64,000 bases of DNA, taken from assembly GCA_964401295.1 (NCBI GenBank), contig CAYNXX010000001.1, positions 35,671 through 99,670 of the forward strand, written 5' to 3'. Under the pieces are notes generated by a model. It did not search any database and was not told the origin of the DNA. It saw nothing but the letters and a program-made list of their open reading frames with translations. A program made the position numbers and the translations under genes. Source of the stretch: an uncultured Candidatus Saccharibacteria bacterium (lineage in GTDB: Bacteria; Patescibacteriota; Minisyncoccia; Minisyncoccales; CAYJUL01). Positions 1 to 7,864 of this stretch are shown piece after piece; within the stretch, counting starts at the first letter, position 1, and each line of letters starts with the position of its first letter.

Positions 1-147
1 ATCTAGCGGTTTTTCTCCATTTTTAATGTGGCCGGCCGGGCAAGCCCAGCCTAATGGAAAAAAAAACCTATCTATCATCAGTATTTTGTTTCCTCTACGG
101 AGAATAATGCCGGCGCTTTTGCCTTCGCATTTTTTTGACAAAGCCAT
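1..147 (-). CDS. Nudix-family hydrolase, N-terminal fragment (gene runs off the left edge)
   Basis: Absent from the ORF track because only 49 codons lie in the window. ATG at 145-147 on the minus strand, 4 nt after the stop of the upstream gene. Translation MALSKKCEGKSAGIILRRGNKILMIDRFFFPLGWACPAGHIKNGEKPLD resembles the lead-in to a Nudix box (W-x-x-P-x-G-x-x-x-x-GE). Confidence 0.4.
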   Translation of the reverse strand, partial: MALSKKCEGKSAGIILRRGNKILMIDRFFFPLGWACPAGHIKNGEKPLD

Positions 148-151
148 AAAA

Positions 152-565
152 TTAATCTTTTAGATAAGTGAATAATTCTTCCGGAGTTTTAACGATTTTA
201 TCGAATAAAATATCTCTGCATGGCTCTGATTTGTCCTGCTCCAGGGCGAAAATAAATTTATTCAAGGCGGCCGCGGCACCTAACTCCAGCGTAGTATTTA
301 TTCCCACATATCCGCTTTTGTTATACACAAAACATACGTCGGCTTTCAAAATTTTATGCAAATGCCCACGCACTACGCCTGGCAGACGCGCCTTGTATCT
401 TTTAGATTTTAATCTGATCTCTTCGGGCGCCGCGAGCATACGATCGCGCGTCCAGCGAAAATCCGGGATTAAAACTATCGCGACTCCCAGCTGACTGAGA
501 CGCTGGGCAAATTGAGTAATTTCCTTTTTATACCTCTGCGAACCGCAGATAACTATAGATTTCAT
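152..565 (-). CDS. nucleoside 2-deoxyribosyltransferase-like / dNMP N-hydrolase (Rcl)-like protein
   Basis: 137 aa. N-terminal KSIVICGS strand and C-terminal GYVGINTTLELGAAAALNKFIFAL resemble the G-T-x-x-E-x-G catalytic region of the NDT/Rcl fold as I recall it. Lies directly downstream of deoC. Confidence 0.5.
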   Translation of the reverse strand: MKSIVICGSQRYKKEITQFAQRLSQLGVAIVLIPDFRWTRDRMLAAPEEIRLKSKRYKARLPGVVRGHLHKILKADVCFVYNKSGYVGINTTLELGAAAALNKFIFALEQDKSEPCRDILFDKIVKTPEELFTYLKD

Positions 566-573
566 AAATTATT

Positions 574-1275
574 TTAAAAATTTTTAATCATTTCTAGTGC
601 TAAACTCGTTCCGATAATATCCGCGCCGGCCCTGATTAATTTTTCGGCGTCCTCCATAGTTTTGATCCCTCCGGCGGCTTTAATTTTTATGCCGGCGGTA
701 TGTTTCATAATTTTTACATGTTTTATTTTGGTTTCTATGTCTGTATTGGCGATAAAACCTGTTGAAGTTTTCGCGCAAAAAGCTCCAGATCGCCGCACTA
801 ATTTGGATGCTTTTTTTATTTCCCTATCGCTTAAAAGTCCGGTTTCTATAATTACTTTTGTCGGCAGAATTTTGACTATATCTTTTAAATCGGTTAAGAC
901 TTGAGCGTAATTTCCCGACTTGAAATTTCCCATATCCATTACCACATCCAGCTCGTCCGCACCGTCTTTTTTTGCACATTTTGCCGCAAAAATACGCACT
1001 TTATGCCCCGCAGCGCCGAATGGAAAATCAATCACCGGATTTACCTTTATATCCGTATTTTTTAGGAGCTCCTTTGCAAAATGCGTCCACTCAAGATGAA
1101 TGCATACAGCCCTGAATCCGTATTTCTTGGCCTCCTTGCAAGTTTTTTGTATGTCCGAGGCGACAACGCCTGCCTTCAGATTTGTGCTATCGATTAATTT
1201 TACAAGCTCCATATTGTCATATTCTATCAAATAAGAATAAAAAGGAAAGGACCCGATTGGATCCTTTTTGTTCAA
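574..1275 (-). CDS. deoC: deoxyribose-phosphate aldolase
   Basis: LIDSTNLK substrate-lid start, DELDVVMDMG, and the Schiff-base region FCKTSTGF followed by IKAAGGIK all match class I DeoC. An alternative start at MELVKLID (about 1212) is possible. Confidence 0.85.
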   Translation of the reverse strand: MNKKDPIGSFPFYSYLIEYDNMELVKLIDSTNLKAGVVASDIQKTCKEAKKYGFRAVCIHLEWTHFAKELLKNTDIKVNPVIDFPFGAAGHKVRIFAAKCAKKDGADELDVVMDMGNFKSGNYAQVLTDLKDIVKILPTKVIIETGLLSDREIKKASKLVRRSGAFCAKTSTGFIANTDIETKIKHVKIMKHTAGIKIKAAGGIKTMEDAEKLIRAGADIIGTSLALEMIKNF

Positions 1276-1277
1276 AT

Positions 1278-2756
1278 TTATCTTATTAGGGGTTCTTCTA
1301 TTTCTGGAGAAGTCATTCTTGAAGCGAAAATTCTGGCAAGCTCCGGATATCGTTTTTCCAGCTCTTTAAACATCAACCACGCAATGTGACGGTAACTGGA
1401 ATTACCCTTAACTCCGCTGCGAAGAATGGCAAGATAGCGCAATTCTTCATAGTCACATTTCAAGAGAAAACGACAACGAAAAGCAAATGGCAATAAATAT
1501 TGCCCAGCATACATATATTTCTTTTCAAGCCAAGCTGTTTCATCCGCGACTGTCTGCATAACCGTACAGTATTGCGTCTGAGATTCTAGTGTAAGCTCTT
1601 CGAAGTGCTGTGGTAACGAAAAACCGTGCGCCGCCGTGAAATCCTGCAGAATCTGAACACAGCGCCTATGACGGTGAATGTCACGCATCGCACCGATATC
1701 CATCATGATATCAAAAATAAAATCGTATCCGCTCTTAAATTCCGGTATTCCCTCATCATACGGCCCCATGCCTTCAAAAGCCGCTGCGATAATCTTATCT
1801 TTCAACGCTGATGCTATACGGCCAACTTTCTGTTGTACCTGAATATATGGATAATGCGTAACTCTGTAAAGCAGGGTCGCAAGCAATTCATTCCTGGTAT
1901 TTTGGCGCCTTGCTAGTGTCACGATCGGCACATCCGACCATGGAGCCTCGCCAGCGAAAACATCTTTAGCAATCTCGGCAATTCTTGGGTAAACGTTAAT
2001 GAGGTACGGACTTGGATTTGTATATTTTACCAGCGTTGGCGCCACGCGCACTTCGCCCATAGAAGTGTTCCAGAACTCCGGTACAACCGCCGGTTCATTG
2101 CACATTTTTCCCAAATCGCGACCCATCTCTCGGACTTCCGAAATTGAGCTTGACAGAAAACGCACAATCTGTTTTTCAAGGGTTCTATAACTTATGATCT
2201 GGCCCAAATTCGTCTTCATGCCTAGAAACAGCACATACCTTGCTGCGTCCAAAGCCCGTGCCATTACGGTGCGTTCGTATTCGCGCTTGCCCATTTTTGG
2301 TGGTTGCGGTATTTTTGCGCAAAGATGGTCAAAAACCGTATCGCGCAATTTTTCGTATTCTGACAAAAGCAAAGCAGCAACCTCGCAAAAACGCTCGCGA
2401 TCTTCTTGGCCGCCAATCTCTGCCGGGATTACAAAACCTTTATTATACCAATTCTGGTATCTCGTAGAAGATTCCTGGCCATCCCATGGACCGTTGAAAA
2501 ACGGCGTCGCAGTTACCTGTAGCGCCGCTATATGCGAAACATTCTCTATCGCAACTGGAATATGTCCCAAATCCGCAATAGATGTATGGCCATACTGGAA
2601 ATAAAAATTCTCCAAAAACCGGCTTGCTCTTTCATCACTTATCTGTTTTATAGATTCATCAAGCGCATCCGGCGAACGGCTGAACTTTGCCATGCCGAAC
2701 GCCTGAATTTCCGGCGGGACGCCAAATATTGCATAAATTCTGCGCTCGCCGCTCAT
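1278..2756 (-). CDS. thyX: ThyX-family FAD-dependent thymidylate synthase-like protein, long (492 aa) form
   Basis: YGHTSIADLGH (ThyX GH-x-S-x-x-E/D-H type), QESSTRY, and in the C-terminal half GAMRDIHRHRRC (RHR motif). About twice the usual ThyX length. ATGA overlap with the upstream gene at 2753-2756. Confidence 0.65.
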   Translation of the reverse strand: MSGERRIYAIFGVPPEIQAFGMAKFSRSPDALDESIKQISDERASRFLENFYFQYGHTSIADLGHIPVAIENVSHIAALQVTATPFFNGPWDGQESSTRYQNWYNKGFVIPAEIGGQEDRERFCEVAALLLSEYEKLRDTVFDHLCAKIPQPPKMGKREYERTVMARALDAARYVLFLGMKTNLGQIISYRTLEKQIVRFLSSSISEVREMGRDLGKMCNEPAVVPEFWNTSMGEVRVAPTLVKYTNPSPYLINVYPRIAEIAKDVFAGEAPWSDVPIVTLARRQNTRNELLATLLYRVTHYPYIQVQQKVGRIASALKDKIIAAAFEGMGPYDEGIPEFKSGYDFIFDIMMDIGAMRDIHRHRRCVQILQDFTAAHGFSLPQHFEELTLESQTQYCTVMQTVADETAWLEKKYMYAGQYLLPFAFRCRFLLKCDYEELRYLAILRSGVKGNSSYRHIAWLMFKELEKRYPELARIFASRMTSPEIEEPLIR

Positions 2757-3421
2757 CGCTTGGCTCCGACGCTTACTATTTCCACGATACCATCATCCTT
2801 ATCGGCATCTACTAAAACTTGTACGCCGCTGGGAATAATCTTAGTAGCATTACCCGTACCAACTATGCATGGAATTCCGAATTCGCGTGCAATAACTGCG
2901 GCATGACAGGTAATCCCGCCCTGATCTGTAACGATTGCCCTTACTCTTTTTGCAATGCCCGCTATAGCCGGAGTCGCAAATTGAACGACAAGAATGCAAT
3001 CTTGTGGAACCGCATCCAACGGGCAGCTCTCGGAAGCTATATAAGCCGTGCCGGCGATTCTGCCGTGGCAAACAGTCTTACCCTTAACCATATTCACCTT
3101 TTCGGCGCTAAGATTTTGGCGCCTGCGCCAGTCAGTATCTTCCCAATTCTTAAGCCCGGCCTCCAACGCAACCACAACGTCAATTTTACGCAAAAGCATA
3201 GTCGCTATCGTCTGTACAAGAGCCTGACCATAGGCCAGCTCTTCATCGGTCCGCGTACCGTGTGTTCTTGCCTTGGGATTTAAAACCGGATCGTGGGTTA
3301 TATATTTTACTATGTCACCCAGCTCCGTAAGCGCTATAAGCGCCCTAAACTCAACGTCTTTTCTGTCTTCAAGCTCCATGCACCGCTTAATTCTTTCTAC
3401 AATTCCGCCGATATCCATCAT
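2753..3421 (-). CDS. fusion protein: MazG-like all-alpha NTP-pyrophosphohydrolase-like N-domain plus PEP-utilising-enzyme mobile (phosphohistidine swivel) domain
   Basis: C-terminal TDQGGITCHAAVIAREFGIPCIVG matches the PEP-utilising phosphohistidine signature G-G-x-T-x-H-A-A-V-I-A-R. The N-terminal ~100 aa (ALIALTELGDIVKYI ... DEELAYGQALVQTIATMLL) resemble paired MazG-type helices. Confidence 0.6.
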   Translation of the reverse strand: MMDIGGIVERIKRCMELEDRKDVEFRALIALTELGDIVKYITHDPVLNPKARTHGTRTDEELAYGQALVQTIATMLLRKIDVVVALEAGLKNWEDTDWRRRQNLSAEKVNMVKGKTVCHGRIAGTAYIASESCPLDAVPQDCILVVQFATPAIAGIAKRVRAIVTDQGGITCHAAVIAREFGIPCIVGTGNATKIIPSGVQVLVDADKDDGIVEIVSVGAKR

Positions 3422-3546
3422 TTTCTCCTTTCTCTCAGCGTCGGCATCTTACGGAAAACCCCTTCAATATTTCTTTCACCTCCTTTAGTTTGTCTTAAAT
3501 CCCTTGCCTCGTATAATTTCATGACAATCAAAAACCTTCTTGTTTT

Positions 3547-4203
3547 TTATTTTGTTTTAAAGGGACTTTTTTTATCCAAATTTTTAACCACAATATCTAC
3601 AATCTCCTTCGCAGTCTTATCTATAGGTTTTTCGCCATCAACCACATACATATTCTTGAACCGCTTTGCTATTTTCTTATAATTTTCCTGAACTTTTTTC
3701 AGTATTTTTTCCTGCTCAAAAAGATTAATCTGATGACGTGTTGAATGTATTCTTTCAATGCAAACCTTTGGCGAAACTTTAAGAAAAAACATTATATCCG
3801 GCAGCAAAAAATTCTGATTAATTTTAAAAATCCACTCTTTATCTCTAATATCCACCATGCCGTATGCGAAGCTTGAAAAGAAATATCTGTCACAAACCAT
3901 AATTGCACCTTTTTGCAGCATAGGAATTATTTCTTTTTCAAGATGATGAGCCCTATCGGCAGCAAAAAGTAGCTGAAGACATTCCGCGGAAGTTTTCCAG
4001 TCGCTGGAAAGTTGGCCGCGGATAAGTCCGCCTATTAAACCTGAAGTCGGTTCTTTTGTTAAATATGCGCCGATATGACCGAAGCGCATTTTTTGCTTTT
4101 TTTCATTTAAAAAATCAACGAGCTTGGCGGCCTGAGTACTTTGTCCCGAACCATCCAACCCATCAAATACGATGAATCTTCCAGGATAAATATTTTTTTG
4201 CAT
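3547..4203 (-). CDS. tmk: thymidylate kinase
   Basis: P-loop FIVFDGLDGSGQSTQAAKL, a DRY-type motif (CDRYFFSS), 218 aa. Confidence 0.9.
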   Translation of the reverse strand: MQKNIYPGRFIVFDGLDGSGQSTQAAKLVDFLNEKKQKMRFGHIGAYLTKEPTSGLIGGLIRGQLSSDWKTSAECLQLLFAADRAHHLEKEIIPMLQKGAIMVCDRYFFSSFAYGMVDIRDKEWIFKINQNFLLPDIMFFLKVSPKVCIERIHSTRHQINLFEQEKILKKVQENYKKIAKRFKNMYVVDGEKPIDKTAKEIVDIVVKNLDKKSPFKTK

Positions 4204-4206
4204 AAT

Positions 4207-4629
4207 TTATGTTAATCCGGAACTGCCAAAACCTCGCCTGCCGCGTTCGGTTTCGTCCAAAATTTCCTCGGCAATTTCTGGTATTTCTATTTTTTTGATT
4301 ATAAGTTGGGCTATTTTCTGGTGCTTTTCAATTTTATAGGATTCTTTACCGAGATTAAAAAGGACTATTTTCAATTCTCCCCTGTATCCCGAATCTAGAA
4401 CTCCGGCTAAAGTCGTAAGCCCCCCGGCAAGCGCCAGTCCCGATTTATCCCACACAAATCCCGCATACCCTCTTGGCACTGCGATTTTAAAGCCGGTGCC
4501 CACGGCCTTTCTTTCTAGCGGCGCAATCTCGCACTCTTCCGCAGCAAATAAATCCATACCTGCATCCCCTTCGTAAGCAAACGATGGCAATTTTGCATCC
4601 GGATTTATTTTTTGAACTCTAATCTTCAT
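4207..4629 (-). CDS. dut: dUTP diphosphatase
   Basis: GDAGMDLFA, GVLDSGYRGEL and C-terminal RGRRGFGSSG are dUTPase motifs 1, 3 and 5. 140 aa. Confidence 0.9.
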   Translation of the reverse strand: MKIRVQKINPDAKLPSFAYEGDAGMDLFAAEECEIAPLERKAVGTGFKIAVPRGYAGFVWDKSGLALAGGLTTLAGVLDSGYRGELKIVLFNLGKESYKIEKHQKIAQLIIKKIEIPEIAEEILDETERGRRGFGSSGLT

Positions 4630-5221
4630 TTTGTTTGTCTTTAGTTGAGAATCTTATTTCAAAATCCTTATCGGCAAATGCTCCGCCGGATCCGGTCAAT
4701 ATATTAAATTTTTTTCTGAGCACTTCCGAAAAATCAATTTCTACCTTTTTAATTTCTGCATTCTGATTTTTTGCCAGGTCAAAAATATATTCGCCACCCT
4801 TTGCTTGATTGTTATAATCTCTGGTAAAAATTATCTTTTTTATTTTTTTGCTGAGCAATTTTTTAATACAATCAACACATGGCGTGCCAAGCACGTACGC
4901 TGTGACGTCCGTCAGATCAGCAGTGCTATGCAAAATGGCATTGACTTCGGCATGCAGAGTCCTAAGGCAGTGACCATCAATGATGAGATGGCCGACTTCG
5001 TCGCAATGTGGATCGCCCGGTAAGGAACCATTATATCCAGCCCCCACGAGCCGATTGTTTTTATCAACCAAAAGACAGGCGGCTTTCAGTCTGTTACAGG
5101 TGCCGCGCGTGGAATAAAAAAGCGCAATGGTGAACCAAAATTCGTCCCAAGTAGGTCTGTCCGCCGCTCGGGCGGGCCTATTGCTTTTATGCTGATGGAA
5201 CAAAGAAGGATCCACAATCAT
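4619..5221 (-). CDS. comEB: dCMP deaminase (cytidine/deoxycytidylate deaminase zinc-binding family) with a C-terminal extension
   Basis: HAEVNAI ... PCVDCIKK is the H-A-E ... P-C-x-x-C zinc motif. A ~50-aa C-terminal tail lies beyond the deaminase core. Confidence 0.85.
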   Translation of the reverse strand: MIVDPSLFHQHKSNRPARAADRPTWDEFWFTIALFYSTRGTCNRLKAACLLVDKNNRLVGAGYNGSLPGDPHCDEVGHLIIDGHCLRTLHAEVNAILHSTADLTDVTAYVLGTPCVDCIKKLLSKKIKKIIFTRDYNNQAKGGEYIFDLAKNQNAEIKKVEIDFSEVLRKKFNILTGSGGAFADKDFEIRFSTKDKQNED

Positions 5222-5284
5222 TAATCTTTTTATAGCACCCAGGCGTAAAAAAGAAAAGAAAGGCTAGTGACCTTTTCCTCATTG

Positions 5285-5356
5285 TTGCGGGGGTGGGAAT
5301 CGAACCCACGATCTCGTGGTTATGAGCCACGCGAGATACCGCTTCTCTACCCCGCG
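5285..5356 (-). tRNA. tRNA-Met (anticodon CAT), initiator-type; 3' CCA not encoded
   Basis: The reverse complement folds by hand into a cloverleaf: acceptor CGCGGGG/CCCCGCA, D arm GAGA-AGCGGTA-TCTC, anticodon arm CGTGG-CTCATAA-CCACG, variable loop AGATC, T arm GTGGG-TTCGATT-CCCAC, discriminator A. The C1:A72 mismatch and A11:U24 pair are bacterial initiator hallmarks. The discriminator is followed by CAA, not CCA. Confidence 0.88.
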
Positions 5357-5367
5357 ATGCAAAGATA

Positions 5368-5395
5368 ATTATAGATATTTTTACGGTAAAGTCAA
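5368..5395 (-). promoter_or_regulatory. sigma70-type promoter for the tRNA-Met gene
   Basis: Minus strand reads TTGACT (5395-5390), 16 nt, TATAAT (5373-5368). The -10 box ends 11 nt before the tRNA 5' end. Confidence 0.6.
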
Positions 5396-5524
5396 CCCCT
5401 ACAATCCTTGCACAGTTGTTTGTTTCACAGACATCATCACAAGATACGCCTCTGGTGCTTCGCGCCATCCGGCTTATTACATACCAATGCAAAAACGTCA
5501 AATGGATTGTAGCGGGCACTAAGT

Positions 5525-6109
5525 CTATTCCAAGGCCTGCAAATCCTGAAGGGCCTTTTCATATATTTTAAGCGTTCTTTTGGCCTCGTCTAAAGTAAGA
5601 CGATAATTCGGATCGTGAACCACATTATTCCTGACAACATGAGCCTGCTGCAAATCATTAATATTCGGCAACGTGGCATGGCTCAAATGCAAAAGGCGTT
5701 CACTAAGATTGGCGCCGTGATGTCCCATGCGCTTTAAAATTCCGTCTACCACGTCATCGGCCTCTATAATCGCTAGTTTATGTTCGGATTCATCGGGCAG
5801 TTCCAGACGGCTCAGAATTTTTTCCCATGGTTTAACCATGCTTTTTATGCCATATGGCTTGAATGAAAAAAATTCGGACACATCCTGCAAAATTCTATAC
5901 TTGAGATAGTTCGTGTTAAGCACAAAATAAATGACAATTCCAATAAATATTGCGGAGATAAATATAAATATGATTTTTATTATTAAAAAGGTGGGGCCAC
6001 TTGGTGCGGAAGCCACCGAAATGGCGTCTTGCGCCGCGGCCAAAAAGAAATTTGGATTATTGCCAATGCTTTGTAGGCTATTGATGATGGGCTGCAGATT
6101 CGCAGGCAT
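5525..6109 (-). CDS. single-pass membrane protein with a C-terminal HEPN-like (DUF4145-like) helical domain
   Basis: Hydrophobic helix FLIIKIIFIFISAIFIGIVIYFVL (aa 41-64). The C-terminal helical region contains AHVVRNNVVHDP, which matches R-x4-H. Confidence 0.4.
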   Translation of the reverse strand: MPANLQPIINSLQSIGNNPNFFLAAAQDAISVASAPSGPTFLIIKIIFIFISAIFIGIVIYFVLNTNYLKYRILQDVSEFFSFKPYGIKSMVKPWEKILSRLELPDESEHKLAIIEADDVVDGILKRMGHHGANLSERLLHLSHATLPNINDLQQAHVVRNNVVHDPNYRLTLDEAKRTLKIYEKALQDLQALE

Positions 6110-6122
6110 AAATTAAATAATT

Positions 6123-7547
6123 TTATATCACCTTGATTTTATTTTCCATCTCTTTGGCAAAATCAAAAATATCATTTTCTGCAAAATGCCTGCCGATAAT
6201 CTGGAGACCGACCGGCAAGCCGCCGACCGCACCGACTGGCATTGACAGGGCGGGCAAGCCGGCCAAATTCACTCCAATGGTCAATATGTCCGAAAGGTAC
6301 ATCGTAAGAGGATCGTTTTGTTTCTCGCCAATTTTAAAAGCTACGGTCGGAGTTGTCGGCGTCAAAATTAGATCAACGTCTTCAAGCGCCCTGATAAAAT
6401 CTTCTTTTATAAGCGTCCTTACTTTTTGGGCTCTCAAATAATAAGCATCATAATAGCCGGATGAAAGCACGTATGCGCCAAGCATAATTCGTCGCCTAAC
6501 TTCCGGCCCAAAACCATTGCCGCGGCTTTTAAGATAAACGTCTATCAATTCTTCTGTTTCGGATTCTGAAATTCCATATTTTATGCCGTCGTAACGCGCA
6601 AGATTAGCTGATACCTCCGAAGGCATTATGATGTAATAAGTCGAAAGGGCATATTTTGTATAGGGCAGACTGATTTCTCTAACTTCAAAACCAGAATCTT
6701 CCGCTTTTTTTATGGCCGCTTTTACTAATTTTTCAACTTCGCCGCCTACCCCTTTTGCAAAGTATTCTTTCGGCACACCGAGTATAAATTTATAATTCTC
6801 GCCCCTTATAGGTTCGCTTTTGTCCACGCTTGTTGAATCTTTCAGGTCCTTGCCTTTTATCGCATTAAAAATCATTTCTGCGTCTTCAACTGTTTTGGCT
6901 AATGGGCCTATCTGATCGAGCGATGAAGCCATGGCTATGAGGCCGTAACGCGAAACAGCGCCATAAGTTGGCTTTAAGCCCACTACTCCACAAAATGATG
7001 CCGGCTGACGGATAGACCCTCCTGTATCGGATCCCAGAGCGGCGCAGCACATTTTCGCCGCCACCGCGGCCGCCGATCCGCCGGATGAACCGCCTGGCAC
7101 ACGGTTTAAATCATTTGGATTTAAAGTTTTTTGAAAAGCTGAATTTTCCGTTGAAGAGCCCATCGCGAACTCATCCATATTTGTCTTGCCAAGAATTACT
7201 GCGCCCACTGTTTTTAATTTTTTAATAACCGTCGCATCGTACGGCGCCGTATAGTTTTCCAAAATTCTGGAGGCCGCAGTGCACCTTATTCCCTTAACCA
7301 AAATGTTATCTTTAATTGCGAGCGGTATGCCGGCGAGGGGAGGAATATCTTCATTTTGCGAAATCAAATCGTCTACGCGCTCGGCCTCTGAAAGAGCTAA
7401 CTCCCGCGTTCCGGTAAGAAAAGCCGCTATTTTTTTGTCATCCTTTTCGATTTTATCTAAAAAAGCCTTGACAAGTTCTATTGCCGAGAATTTTTTTTGC
7501 AGCAGACCTTGATGCGTTTCTGTTATCGTAAATTCCGTAAGATTCAT
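6123..7547 (-). CDS. gatA: Asp/Glu-tRNA(Asn/Gln) amidotransferase subunit A
   Basis: Amidase signature GGSSGGSAAAVA and GSDTGGSIRQPA. 474 aa. Overlaps the gatC stop. Confidence 0.92.
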   Translation of the reverse strand: MNLTEFTITETHQGLLQKKFSAIELVKAFLDKIEKDDKKIAAFLTGTRELALSEAERVDDLISQNEDIPPLAGIPLAIKDNILVKGIRCTAASRILENYTAPYDATVIKKLKTVGAVILGKTNMDEFAMGSSTENSAFQKTLNPNDLNRVPGGSSGGSAAAVAAKMCCAALGSDTGGSIRQPASFCGVVGLKPTYGAVSRYGLIAMASSLDQIGPLAKTVEDAEMIFNAIKGKDLKDSTSVDKSEPIRGENYKFILGVPKEYFAKGVGGEVEKLVKAAIKKAEDSGFEVREISLPYTKYALSTYYIIMPSEVSANLARYDGIKYGISESETEELIDVYLKSRGNGFGPEVRRRIMLGAYVLSSGYYDAYYLRAQKVRTLIKEDFIRALEDVDLILTPTTPTVAFKIGEKQNDPLTMYLSDILTIGVNLAGLPALSMPVGAVGGLPVGLQIIGRHFAENDIFDFAKEMENKIKVI

Positions 7548-7843
7548 CGGGGTTTTAAAATCGGTTTTGTTTTAATATAATTGTCTGCATCATGCAATGG
7601 CGCCGAACCAACCAATTTTTTTATTGTCGGTTCTTTTTCTTTTTCCGCTTCATCAGCCCTTACTACATTTTGAAGATCAATAGAGTGGCTTGTAGGATTA
7701 ACATTTTTTACATCCAATTCTTTTAATTCTTCCATGTAATCCAAAATCGCAGAAAGATCTTCTCTGTATTTTTCAACTTCTCTGTCTTCAAGCTCTAAAC
7801 GAAGAAGTCTTGCGAGATGTTTTATTTCATCTTTAGATATCAT
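7544..7843 (-). CDS. gatC: Asp/Glu-tRNA(Asn/Gln) amidotransferase subunit C
   Basis: 99 aa with a GatC-like N-terminus (DEIKHLARLLRLELEDRE). Immediately upstream of gatA and overlapping it. Confidence 0.8.
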   Translation of the reverse strand: MISKDEIKHLARLLRLELEDREVEKYREDLSAILDYMEELKELDVKNVNPTSHSIDLQNVVRADEAEKEKEPTIKKLVGSAPLHDADNYIKTKPILKPR

Positions 7844-7864
7844 TTTGGGTTGATCAGATAAATA

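Noticed and set aside
5187-5519. 110-aa minus-strand ORF (and the 68-aa plus-strand ORF at 5316-5522).
   Set aside because: The ORF runs through the tRNA-Met gene and its promoter. It is an artefact.
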